Shown: in pieces, positions 7,163 to 16,719 of the stretch
How the letters are laid out: the number at the start of each line of letters is the position of its first letter
Numbering within the stretch: the stretch's first letter is position 1
Virus record (IMG/VR): IMGVR_UViG_3300034101_000148
Span: 1-29,340 of that record
DNA length: 29,340 nt
Reading direction: 5' to 3' (one strand)
Source of the DNA: a virus
Taxonomy: Duplodnaviria; Caudoviricetes
Notes under the pieces: model-generated
Databases searched by the model: none
Told to the model about the DNA's origin: nothing
The model's input: only the letters and a program-made list of their open reading frames with translations
Position numbers and translations under genes: made by a program

Positions 7163-10100
7163 ATGGCTAACCTGCAACTTTTGCTGGAAGCAGAGCGTCG
7201 TGGCATCCTGCCGCCTGATAAAGCCGCACTGTTACAAGAAGCGCGTAAGCGCGGTCTAGTCCCCGGTACTAAAGCCGCTCCGCCTCAACCCGAAACCACT
7301 TCCAACCCGTTCATGGGCGCATTGGGTCGTGGTGCAGAACTTCTTGGATCAGGTATTGAACTCGCGGCCCGCGCTGGTGAATCCATCGGTGACTTCATCG
7401 CTGAGAAGGCTCCTGTCCTTGATACCCGCGTTGTTGCAGACAAAGAGGGCGTACGTGTAGAGCGTCCATCTCTGGAAGAAGTTCGCAAAGAAAATCAGAT
7501 GCAGTACATGTTCGACTGGGCGAACAGTCTGCGCGAATGGGGTCGAGAGATTAATTATGAGCCGAGTACCAAACTCGGTGACTTGGCTGATAACCCATTG
7601 ACTGCTGTGCCGTTCATCGTTGAGCGCGTAATTACGTCTGCTCCGGACATGGCTGCGGCTGTGACTGTACCGCTTCCGTACATTGCCACACGGTCTAACG
7701 AGATCCTGAATGAACGTCTGGCTAATGACAACAAAACGCTAGATCAAGCAACCGTTGCTGACGTAGCTGCCGCTACTGGCGCGGCCATCGTTGAAGGAAG
7801 TCTTGAGCGATTTGCTACAGGACGCTTGCTGGAGAAGGGTGCGGAAGCCGCTACCCGTGCCGGTCGTATTGGTAAGGAAGCCGGGGTTCAGGCAGGTACT
7901 GAAGCCACCGAAGAAACTGCTGCTTATGCTGGTGCCACTGCGGGTACCGAGGCAGGGTTTGATCCCCGCACTGCGGGACTTACTGCGCTTGAAGCAGCCA
8001 TCGTTGGCGGCGGTCTCGGTGCCGGTGTGCAGGGTGTTCGTGAATTGGTTGGGCCGAGTGAAACTCCGCCTGAAGTACCGCCTGTTGCACCTGCCGCTAC
8101 AACTGTTACGCCCCCAACTGCGCCTACTCCTCCCCCGGCAGCGGCGGCTGTACCTGCGTCGAAGGATGAACTGCTTGATGCTCCGCCTAAAGTGGCAGCT
8201 GAAGACGCGCCTGAGAACGTTCGTTATGAAGTGACGACGCTGAACAACGAACAAATCAACGATGAAATCGACAAGTTAGAGGACACTCAAGAGCAGCTTG
8301 CAGAACTCCTCTTTAACCCGCAGCAAATTGAACTACAGGCTGCACTCGCTCGTATTCCGCTAGACGTATACCGCAACAACTTACAGAATGAATTTGATCG
8401 AACTACTACAAAGATTGACGTTTTTTACAAACATCTGAATGGCACGTTGCCGCCCGTTAAGCCTACGATTACGCAGGACCAAGTGACGGCAGCGGGGGTT
8501 TCACCTGACGTTGCCAAAGCTCTAAATGTACAGCCCACTGTCACTCCTACTACCCCTGTCCCGCCGGGTGTCTCTGATGCAGCCGCAACAACAGCACCGC
8601 CAATTACTCAGCCGCCTGTCGGTGGAACAGTTGGAAGAGGCGCTAATGTGCCTCCATCTGGACTTACTACCCAAAGACAAATTGCTCCGGAAACTCCCGT
8701 CGCAGGATTGGAACCTGCTGCACGAACTCCTAGTGATGTTGTTCCGGGAGAAAGACCAGTCGAGCCTGCACTAACCGTTGATGAGGTTGAGGCAGAAATT
8801 GCGGCTAGGAAAGCCAAACAACAAGAAGCTATAGATATTGCTAGGGGAAATGCGGCAAGTGCTTTTGCCGATCAAAATTCGTTTAGGGATTTAAATGATT
8901 CTATCGGTGCGTACTTAGATAATGTAAGAGACACACTTCAAGAGTACGGACTTAGTGAATACGAAAACGCTGCTTTTGATGCGTATAACAAGCGGGTTGA
9001 AGAGCTAACCACTGCATCAACAGGACTGCGAACATTTAAACAACGCACGGCAGAAGAATCTGTTGCCGATACAAACAGCGACGGTCGCCCGGTCTATCCG
9101 ACGCAGGAAGGTCTGTCTAATTTCAAGCGTTGGTTTGGACGCAGTAAGGTCAAAGATACTCAGGATCGTCCGATTGTTTACTACCACGGGTCTCCGTCAG
9201 GGGATATTCAGCAGTTCCGCCGTGGTAGAGCATCGGCTATTTTTGCATCACCTGATCCTGATTTTGCTAAAGGTTTTACTTATAGTTCAAAAGTTGAGAA
9301 CGCCGGGCCGGTTTACCCTGTCTACATCAAGGCAGACAACCCGTTTGACTATCAGAACCCGCAGCAAGTTGATGCACTTGTAGAGGCGTACGACAAACTA
9401 TCTCCGGCTGTTAAAGCGGTCATAATGAGTAATCAATTTACTCTCGACGCCACGGAAAACATGATAGCGAACTCGCTATCTACCCCTCAATTTAAGAAAT
9501 TAATTGAGGCAGGGCTTTGGTCGGTTATAGAAATAGGGCCGGTTCAACGTCTCATTAAAAATCTTGGACATGACGGTTTTTTTGTAAAAGAACTAGACAC
9601 CAAAAACCTTGCCGTATACGACCCGAACCAGATCAAGTCTGCGGTAGGTAACGTCGGTACGTTCGAGCCTAAGTCTCCTCGTATTCTGGAGCAGCGTCGT
9701 CCACGCACGGCTGAAGAGGCTGAGCGACGGGAGTTTGAAGACTTTTTTGCGGGTGAAGCGGAACTTATCTACAGCACTCGCTCGTATGAGGCTGAGCCTA
9801 AGCCTGATGGTCCGTTCACAGGTGCCAAGGGCAACGTAGTTGTATCTGAAAGCGTTGATCCGCGCTTTGAGAAGTTGCTGTCGGGCTTGATGAAAACGCT
9901 CGGCATGGGAGATGTACGGGTATTTTTGGCAACGAAGAAGGATATGTTGCCGCCCGGAGCGTCATATGCAGACGCGATGGACAAAGCCAAGACCCAGTAC
10001 GGGATGTCCGGTGACTATGCCATCAATAGTCTTTTGGCTGATCTGCGTCCCAAGGGCACGGTCGGTATCTCGGCACAGTGGGGCAAGACCAAAGACTTTA

Positions 10101-13100
10101 TTATTGTTTACGACTCTTCAAGGACGTTAGAGCAGAACATCGAAACGGTTGCTCACGAACTGGGTCACGTTGTACAGATCACTGCTTATGACAATGCATC
10201 AAGCGACGTTAAAGCAGCGATCCAAGAAGAGTACGAGAAGTGGCTTAAGGCTACTAAAGGCAAGACCGCACGTGACATGGTGCGGGCTACGCGCAATCGG
10301 GTGACGGCACAAGAAGCCATCATTTATCCGCCTGAGTACAAATTCTCGGGTGAGGATCTTGAGTACTGGACTTCGTTCAGCGAGTGGTTTGCTGACAACG
10401 TATCCAAGTGGGCTACGACTAATAAGAAGCCCATGACTGTCGTGCAGAAGTTCTTTGCCGACATCGCTCGTAAGATCCGTAAGATTGTCTCTGAGATAAC
10501 CGGAAACAAGTTCGTACCAAACAAAGCCGTGGCTGACTTCTTGGACAAGATGGGTCCGGAAGATATCTCTGCATGGCTCAAGTCCGACACGATGCCGGGG
10601 ATGCGTACCAACTACATGCTGAATGCGGTTGGTAACAGAGTTAAGAATCTGCCTAGCCTGACCCGCAACGTTTATGAAGCGGTACGCAACATCCTCGACT
10701 CGACCCGCATTACTGACAATATGCGCTCGGGTATCTATGCGTTCCTGTCCCTGCCTCAGCAGGTACAGTTATTTGCGAAGGAACTACCAAAGCTCCGTGA
10801 TCTGCTCAACGTAGTCAACGTACGGGCAAGTTCGCTCAAGGATCGCAAGGAAGTTTTGGATAGAAATGTTCGTAAGTGGAACGAGGCTATCAGCGGTAAG
10901 ACTCAGAAGATGCGGGATGACTTCTACCGTATCGCGCACGAATCCACGCGCTTGGTGGGTGCTGATGGCCGCATGGGTATCGACTTTAATGACCCGGCTG
11001 AGGCAAACAATCCGCTCACCAAGGAGTTTAACGCCCTGCCTGCTGACCTGAAGAAGGTCTACTTTGAGATGTTGCAGAGTTACAAGGACATGTCGGATGA
11101 GTACTTAAAGCTCATCTCAAAGAACCTGTCCAAGCGTGCGGCACGTAAACTTGAGCGGCAGATGGCGCAGAAGCGCCTGAAGGTCTACTTACCCTTGTTC
11201 CGTGAGGGTGACTACTGGCTGCGCTACCAAGACCAGAATAACGAAACCGTGGTTATGTCGTTCAAGTCTAACCGCGAACGTGAGATGGCTATCAAGGAAG
11301 CAGTTGCGGCGGGTATTCCTCGAACTGCTATGCAAGAGTTTGCTCGTGTTGAAGGTGCGTTTCAACAAGCCGGTGGTGGGCCTTTCTTCTTTGGTATTCT
11401 GGATGAGTTGGATAAGCGGGGCGCTCCGCAAGCGACTAAACGCGCCTTGTTTGAAATGTATTTGGATTTAATTCCTGCTCAGTCGGTGCGACAGCAGTAC
11501 CGTACCCGTGATGGGTACAAGGGTTATGAGTCTGATCTAATGAATGTTTACGCCACGGTTGCATCCCGTATGGCGAATCAACTTACCAATCTGGAATACA
11601 TACCTGAGATTGACAAGGTATACAGCGAGATTGAGCAGGAGGCTAAGACTGCCGCTGCCCAGTCCAAAAACCTTGCAATCAACAAGTTGATGCAGAACCT
11701 AGAGTTGCAGATGGATTACCTTCGTGATCCTGCCAACAGCCCTCTGGTCAACACGCTCTCCTCGTTTAGTTACTACTGGTACATCATTGGTAACGTCTCG
11801 ACGGCCTTGATCAACCTGACGCAGTTGCCGATGGTGGTCTACCCGATGCTTGCTGGTAAGTACGGCAACGTCGATGCCACGAAAGCAATGGCTGACGCCC
11901 AGAAACAATACATGAAGGGCGGTTGGGATAACGACAACATCCCCGGCGGGGCGAAGCGGTTCCCGTCTGACTTCTCGTTTGGTATCGGCCTACCGGCTAA
12001 TTCTCCGCTGAAGAAGTTGTACGACGCTGCTGTACGGCAGAGTGCGATCCGTCGCTCGACGGGGTATGACGTTATCGAAGGCAGGAAACAGAACTACGGG
12101 ATGGGGGATTACATCGGTCTGAAGGCTAAGACCGAGCAGATACTGGGTTGGGTATTCCAGAACTCTGAGCGTTACAACCGTGAAATCACGTTGATTGCGG
12201 CGTTCAACCTAGAGATGAAGAAGAATGGTGGCAAGGTAGACGAAGCTATCAACACCGCTATCGACTTCATTAATGATACTCACGGTACAACCCTGACCGA
12301 GACCTCGCCGCGAGTATTCCAGAGCGGGTTTGGTAAGGTGGCATTCACCTTCAAGAACTTCGCCCAGACGATGATTTATCTGCAAGCCAAGTTGTTGCGC
12401 GATGCAGTCAAGGGCGAGACTCGGGAAGTTCAGAAACTTGCTGCCAAGCAGTTCTTGGGTATCTCCGCGATGGCCTTCACGTTTGCGGGTATTCAGGGAA
12501 TGCCGTTCTTCGGGGCCGGGACCGTGATGGCCGACATACTGCATGACATTCTTGGCGACGAAGATGAGCCGTGGAGTGCAGCGGCGGCTGTACGGGGTTC
12601 GGTAAATACGATTGCCAATAAAGGACCGGTCAACGAACTCCTGATGACAGACGTTGCCTCCCGTACTGGCTTTGCCAACTTGCTGTGGAAGGATGACGAT
12701 AAGCGTATTGAGGAAGTAGGTCCGATTCTGTTTGCGATGGAGCAGATCTTTGGTCCGTCCTACGCTGCGGCTATGGGCATATTCAGAGGGTATAAGGATT
12801 ACAAGGAAGGTCATTACGACCGTGCGGTTGAGGCGGTAACGCCGTCGTTCATTCGGAACAACTTAAAAATGTACCGGTACTACACGGAAGGTGCGCTGAC
12901 TAGAGATAAGAAGGTTCTATACGATGACTTCAACAAGTATGAACTGTTTATGCAGTCTCTTGGCTTTACGCCTGTTGAAGTAGCGCGTCGTTCAGAAATC
13001 GCCGGGGACAAGGCGAAGAAGATTAATGATCTGGAGAACCGGAAGAAGGCTCTCCTCGATAGGATGTACTTGGCTCGTATTAGCGAAGACGATGAGGGCA

Positions 13101-13345
13101 AGAAGGAAGCCAAGGCTGCGATTGATAAGTTCAACGAAAACGAGACTGTCAAACAATACGGTATGCGTATCACGCCAGAAAGCATCATCAGTTCTTACAA
13201 TACGCGGCGTAGTCGCGGTGCTCAGTCCACGTTCGGTATCTACTCGCCGCCGAAGATGCGTCCTGCCTTGAGCAAGGAGTTTGAAGAACCGCCCCCGCCG
13301 ATACTGAAGCGAATATTTAGTAAAGAAGAAGAGAAGAAAGACTAG
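7163..13345 (+). CDS. Large polyvalent/internal virion protein with ART-PolyVal-like, zincin metallopeptidase-like and PLxRFG-like regions, 2060 aa
   Basis: FKRWFG.SKV.D...P..YHGS..VYPVYI...NP..GHDG..V.DPNQIKSA.GN.GTF (9122-~9670); AHELGH (10151-10168) with downstream EWFAD (10382); YLPLFREGDY (11186-11215); STALINLTQ helical C-terminal region; last gene of the late arm. Confidence 0.8.
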   Translation: MANLQLLLEAERRGILPPDKAALLQEARKRGLVPGTKAAPPQPETTSNPFMGALGRGAELLGSGIELAARAGESIGDFIAEKAPVLDTRVVADKEGVRVERPSLEEVRKENQMQYMFDWANSLREWGREINYEPSTKLGDLADNPLTAVPFIVERVITSAPDMAAAVTVPLPYIATRSNEILNERLANDNKTLDQATVADVAAATGAAIVEGSLERFATGRLLEKGAEAATRAGRIGKEAGVQAGTEATEETAAYAGATAGTEAGFDPRTAGLTALEAAIVGGGLGAGVQGVRELVGPSETPPEVPPVAPAATTVTPPTAPTPPPAAAAVPASKDELLDAPPKVAAEDAPENVRYEVTTLNNEQINDEIDKLEDTQEQLAELLFNPQQIELQAALARIPLDVYRNNLQNEFDRTTTKIDVFYKHLNGTLPPVKPTITQDQVTAAGVSPDVAKALNVQPTVTPTTPVPPGVSDAAATTAPPITQPPVGGTVGRGANVPPSGLTTQRQIAPETPVAGLEPAARTPSDVVPGERPVEPALTVDEVEAEIAARKAKQQEAIDIARGNAASAFADQNSFRDLNDSIGAYLDNVRDTLQEYGLSEYENAAFDAYNKRVEELTTASTGLRTFKQRTAEESVADTNSDGRPVYPTQEGLSNFKRWFGRSKVKDTQDRPIVYYHGSPSGDIQQFRRGRASAIFASPDPDFAKGFTYSSKVENAGPVYPVYIKADNPFDYQNPQQVDALVEAYDKLSPAVKAVIMSNQFTLDATENMIANSLSTPQFKKLIEAGLWSVIEIGPVQRLIKNLGHDGFFVKELDTKNLAVYDPNQIKSAVGNVGTFEPKSPRILEQRRPRTAEEAERREFEDFFAGEAELIYSTRSYEAEPKPDGPFTGAKGNVVVSESVDPRFEKLLSGLMKTLGMGDVRVFLATKKDMLPPGASYADAMDKAKTQYGMSGDYAINSLLADLRPKGTVGISAQWGKTKDFIIVYDSSRTLEQNIETVAHELGHVVQITAYDNASSDVKAAIQEEYEKWLKATKGKTARDMVRATRNRVTAQEAIIYPPEYKFSGEDLEYWTSFSEWFADNVSKWATTNKKPMTVVQKFFADIARKIRKIVSEITGNKFVPNKAVADFLDKMGPEDISAWLKSDTMPGMRTNYMLNAVGNRVKNLPSLTRNVYEAVRNILDSTRITDNMRSGIYAFLSLPQQVQLFAKELPKLRDLLNVVNVRASSLKDRKEVLDRNVRKWNEAISGKTQKMRDDFYRIAHESTRLVGADGRMGIDFNDPAEANNPLTKEFNALPADLKKVYFEMLQSYKDMSDEYLKLISKNLSKRAARKLERQMAQKRLKVYLPLFREGDYWLRYQDQNNETVVMSFKSNREREMAIKEAVAAGIPRTAMQEFARVEGAFQQAGGGPFFFGILDELDKRGAPQATKRALFEMYLDLIPAQSVRQQYRTRDGYKGYESDLMNVYATVASRMANQLTNLEYIPEIDKVYSEIEQEAKTAAAQSKNLAINKLMQNLELQMDYLRDPANSPLVNTLSSFSYYWYIIGNVSTALINLTQLPMVVYPMLAGKYGNVDATKAMADAQKQYMKGGWDNDNIPGGAKRFPSDFSFGIGLPANSPLKKLYDAAVRQSAIRRSTGYDVIEGRKQNYGMGDYIGLKAKTEQILGWVFQNSERYNREITLIAAFNLEMKKNGGKVDEAINTAIDFINDTHGTTLTETSPRVFQSGFGKVAFTFKNFAQTMIYLQAKLLRDAVKGETREVQKLAAKQFLGISAMAFTFAGIQGMPFFGAGTVMADILHDILGDEDEPWSAAAAVRGSVNTIANKGPVNELLMTDVASRTGFANLLWKDDDKRIEEVGPILFAMEQIFGPSYAAAMGIFRGYKDYKEGHYDRAVEAVTPSFIRNNLKMYRYYTEGALTRDKKVLYDDFNKYELFMQSLGFTPVEVARRSEIAGDKAKKINDLENRKKALLDRMYLARISEDDEGKKEAKAAIDKFNENETVKQYGMRITPESIISSYNTRRSRGAQSTFGIYSPPKMRPALSKEFEEPPPPILKRIFSKEEEKKD

Positions 13346-13545
13346 GCGGTACGCCAGACCCGAACGCCGAGGTGTCCTTCCTTGGACGAGGCATAAGCCT
13401 TCACTCGTACTTGAGCGGCCTTGGCTCGGCAGTCTATCACGTACAGCATTTCTGGAATCTTCAGCGTGGGGATAAAGAAACTATCCCCAACCGCCATACC
13501 CTCAAAGGGGAAGATCCACTCAGGCTCCACTACCTTTATTGTCAT
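13342..13545 (-). CDS. Small conserved phage protein (FPF..M.VGDSFF / GVRVWR family), 67 aa
   Basis: WIFPFEGMAVGDSFFIP...GVRVWRTA is a recurrent small phage protein pattern; overlaps the primase 3' end by 26 nt. Confidence 0.8.
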   Translation of the reverse strand: MTIKVVEPEWIFPFEGMAVGDSFFIPTLKIPEMLYVIDCRAKAAQVRVKAYASSKEGHLGVRVWRTA

Positions 13546-16339
13546 CTAACAACTCTTTTGGTACTTCGTACTGGAATGCGTACACATGAATAGGTGGGGT
13601 CGTCATACCGGCTTTCCAACCAGTAGACAGGCGCATCTTCTTCGACTCTAACTTGACGGTCGATTTCTCCAAGGCTTTTTCAAACTCAGCCGTGCCTACG
13701 CTACGACTGGTCAGGTACTGCTTAAATTTATTCTTGGAGACATACTGCGTCGAGTTGCCGATCTCAACACGGGCTACGAGTTCACCAAACGGCTCGTTCA
13801 CAACCCGGCCTTCGTCGAAGATCAACGTGCCCTTACGCCAGTGGTCGTTTAAGAACTCACCGATCAGGCCTTCATAGTCTGTGATGCTGTTCTTCTGGGT
13901 GTTATCCCGGACTTTGATTGTTTCAAGTATCACTTTGTCAAATATCCTTTCTATGTCAAAGTTAATAATACCCGCCTCGTTAGCAATCTCCGCACCGGCA
14001 AAGATGGCACTGAAAGCGGTTTCGTAGAAGCGGAAGGCTGCGTTGCTACCTAGTTTCGTACCGGTTACACGCTTACTCCACTTCTGAATACGGGCACGGA
14101 TCTCCGTGTCGCCCATCGTCAAGAGCTTATCCATGAAGGCAACACCGGCATGACCGTGGTTACGATGCAGTGGGTCGAAGATTTCTTTACCCACCTCAAG
14201 AGTCAGGAATGACGGCGGGACAAGCACGTACTCCAAGAGACGCATAATCTCGCCACTTGCGTTAGCTTTCTTATTGAAGATCAAGTCGTACAGTGAGACG
14301 TTCGACGACATCAAGCACAGCATGGAGGCGATCTCCTGCTGCTCACGCTCGGCGTTAATCGAACTCTGCATACGCATCTTGCCCTTGCCTTGCGAGACAA
14401 GGTGGATCAGCTTCGATATCTGCTCAGGCGGCTTCTCCTGAATCTCGTCCATGCCCATCATGATGTTCTTGAGCGACATGGCACGGCTGTTAAAGGCGTT
14501 GTCCGTAGACTCGTACACGCTCAGCGGCTTGGGCGCACCCCACACAGAGAGTGCTGCATAGAGCGACCCAGACTTGGCTGCGCCTGACGTACCCGTGAAG
14601 CAGAACGTCATACCGTTTGTGGATGTAAACCGCATCAGCGGGGAGCCAAACGAGATAAACAAACCGAACGCTTGCATCTCCAACTCGGGGCGGTTCAGTT
14701 GATTGATGCAGTCCTTCCAAACCTGAAAGTCACCCTTCGGACGCATGAGGCGGGATATGTCGCGTATTAGGGGACTGGATGCCGCCCTGCGAGTGACCCC
14801 GTTACCAATGACTTCGGTCTCACCAATCAAGAACGATTCGTTGCCTTCCGTCCACCCCATCTGGTGACAGATTTTGTCGGCAGCGTTCTGGCTCTGTAGG
14901 TAGTGTGCCCATTTCATAATGTAATCCACGATCTTAGGCCATAGGTTCTGGTTCGGCGGTGCGATACCGGCCTTGCCAAGAATGTCTTTCAGACTATCAA
15001 CAGACTGGGCCTCGCCCATCGAGATGTATTTCTCACGGACTTCGTGAGGCAGTTTGATCCGAACGAGGAACAGTTCACCGTCCGACTCACCGTACATACG
15101 CTTGATGGGGAAGAACTCATTAGTCGATATCAGCACCGGCTGTGGCTGGATCTTTACTCCATCGTCGTCTTCTTCGGAGGGAGGTAGGTAGTAAACTCCC
15201 CCGGCTCGTCCTCGTACATAGGGTAGGATCGCTTTAGGAAATGGCGGAACTTCTTGGGGATTCGCTTCGACCCGAACTGCGACCTCCTCGGTGACTTCCT
15301 CTGCCGGGGCTGCAACAAACTTCCTTCCAATGGCAAGTGGGTTGGTGATTCGTCCCTTATGAGGACATCCGTCACATCCACCGGGGTTTCGCTGCGCGAA
15401 AATTTCGCAACTATGCGGCTTACCAAACGTTTCATTCGCTTTCCTAAGTGTGGCTTCAGGGCTATATCCGGGGTAATCCTCGGACATCAAGTGGATGGCA
15501 GTCTCCCAATCCGTGCAGTGCCGTGCGATAGACAACGCCGAGTGCCACACAGGTTCAGGCAGGGTCTTGGAGTTGATCAGGGCGTTCCTGATCTGGTTGC
15601 AACCACTACCGTCCAGACTCATCTCAGCGATGTCTTGGAAGGTAACTTCAAAGTTGTCAAACTTAGCTATCTGCCGGGTATCGTCGTCCAATCCCTTCGG
15701 CACAAGATCAAGAATTGATCCGGTTGATAACTCCACTTCACCTAAATAATCTTTAAAGGCAGCGAAGTCATACTGATTGATCTCTTCTGTCAGGAACTTC
15801 GTAGGGTTCGGAGGATCGGTTTTGAAGTTCAGCGTCTCAGGACAACGCATGATCCGGGTGATGTCAGCCGTCACCACCGGGTCGATCTTCATATGATCTA
15901 GGCAGAGTTGCTTAAACTTCTCTGCATATGCCTTCCACTCTGCAATCGGCACAGCTTCTTCAAACGGCCAATACGCATGGATACCGTTACCCGAGTCGAT
16001 GACGACCGGCGGGGGAAGTTCCGTAACTTTCAGGAAATGATCTAGGTCTTCGATTGCCTCAGCCTTACTACTGTAATGACCGGGCTTATCAGGCTTGACA
16101 TCTAAATCAACAAAGAAGGAACGACAAGACACAGCATAGTCGCCCATACGACTATGACCGCTGAAATTACTCAGGGCAATGAATACGTTCTTGCCTTCTG
16201 AATTTATTTGCTCAACTAAGTTCTCAACCTCGTCAAGGCTCTCTGCAAACCGGTTGACTACCTTCTTGTCTACAGCAATCTCGGTAACGCAGTAGATGCC
16301 ATGCGGGGGCAGTACTTTCTCGTAAAATTGTTTTCGCAT
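13520..16339 (-). CDS. DNA primase-helicase fusion (RepB-like AEP primase, Cys4 cluster region, DUF927-type P-loop helicase)
   Basis: AEP motifs FVDLD, SGNGIHAYW, RIMRCP.T.NFK; GCNQI..PHSC..CDGCPH; Walker A-like GTSGAAKS, Walker B MGMDE, GKGK.R, RLLE. Start moved from 16408 to ATG 16339 (MRKQFYEKVLP) because the longer version reads through the terminator hairpin. Confidence 0.88.
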   Translation of the reverse strand: MRKQFYEKVLPPHGIYCVTEIAVDKKVVNRFAESLDEVENLVEQINSEGKNVFIALSNFSGHSRMGDYAVSCRSFFVDLDVKPDKPGHYSSKAEAIEDLDHFLKVTELPPPVVIDSGNGIHAYWPFEEAVPIAEWKAYAEKFKQLCLDHMKIDPVVTADITRIMRCPETLNFKTDPPNPTKFLTEEINQYDFAAFKDYLGEVELSTGSILDLVPKGLDDDTRQIAKFDNFEVTFQDIAEMSLDGSGCNQIRNALINSKTLPEPVWHSALSIARHCTDWETAIHLMSEDYPGYSPEATLRKANETFGKPHSCEIFAQRNPGGCDGCPHKGRITNPLAIGRKFVAAPAEEVTEEVAVRVEANPQEVPPFPKAILPYVRGRAGGVYYLPPSEEDDDGVKIQPQPVLISTNEFFPIKRMYGESDGELFLVRIKLPHEVREKYISMGEAQSVDSLKDILGKAGIAPPNQNLWPKIVDYIMKWAHYLQSQNAADKICHQMGWTEGNESFLIGETEVIGNGVTRRAASSPLIRDISRLMRPKGDFQVWKDCINQLNRPELEMQAFGLFISFGSPLMRFTSTNGMTFCFTGTSGAAKSGSLYAALSVWGAPKPLSVYESTDNAFNSRAMSLKNIMMGMDEIQEKPPEQISKLIHLVSQGKGKMRMQSSINAEREQQEIASMLCLMSSNVSLYDLIFNKKANASGEIMRLLEYVLVPPSFLTLEVGKEIFDPLHRNHGHAGVAFMDKLLTMGDTEIRARIQKWSKRVTGTKLGSNAAFRFYETAFSAIFAGAEIANEAGIINFDIERIFDKVILETIKVRDNTQKNSITDYEGLIGEFLNDHWRKGTLIFDEGRVVNEPFGELVARVEIGNSTQYVSKNKFKQYLTSRSVGTAEFEKALEKSTVKLESKKMRLSTGWKAGMTTPPIHVYAFQYEVPKELLDDNKGSGA

Positions 16340-16359
16340 GAACACCAACCCACTTAGAT

Positions 16360-16388
16360 AAAAAAGGCGGGGCGACAGCCACCCCGCC
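16360..16388 (-). terminator. Rho-independent terminator
   Basis: Minus strand reads GGCGGGGUG-GCUGU-CGCCCCGCC-UUUUUU: 9-bp GC-rich stem (one G-U pair) plus U6, just after the HTH gene stop. Confidence 0.85.
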
Positions 16389-16404
16389 AACCACGAGTAG
16401 CACC

Positions 16405-16716
16405 TCAAATAGTTCGGCCAAGCATCTCCTCTATATATGCCTTCGCTTGTTTAAGGTTGTGTGCAGGGAGTGTACCGGCCTCGATATCCTGCCTGACAAG
16501 GTGCATGAAAGCCTCGACTAACTTGCGCTTGTCTTCGTACATCATCTGACCCCTAAACCATAAATGCACCGTATTACGGGATACATTCAACGCTTCGGCT
16601 ACGTATACAACGGGGAGGTTCGCTTCAACACATAGGCGACCAAGTTGTACTCCTAACAGAGTAGCGTCTGCCTGTTGCAGTTGAAGTAGCAACTTGTCGC
16701 CATACGTGCGGGGCAT
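16405..16716 (-). CDS. Cro/XRE-like helix-turn-helix DNA-binding protein, 103 aa
   Basis: LPVVYVAEALNVSRNTVHLWFRG fits an HTH pattern; located between the SSB-like gene and the primase. Confidence 0.8.
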   Translation of the reverse strand: MPRTYGDKLLLQLQQADATLLGVQLGRLCVEANLPVVYVAEALNVSRNTVHLWFRGQMMYEDKRKLVEAFMHLVRQDIEAGTLPAHNLKQAKAYIEEMLGRTI

Positions 16717-16719
16717 TGA

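Noticed and set aside
16340-16408. N-terminal extensions in the ORF track (primase 16408; also 17643, 20431, 21020, 22855, 25664)
   Set aside because: They run through a terminator or deep into upstream genes; downstream starts have SD motifs, stop/start overlaps or family-typical N-termini.
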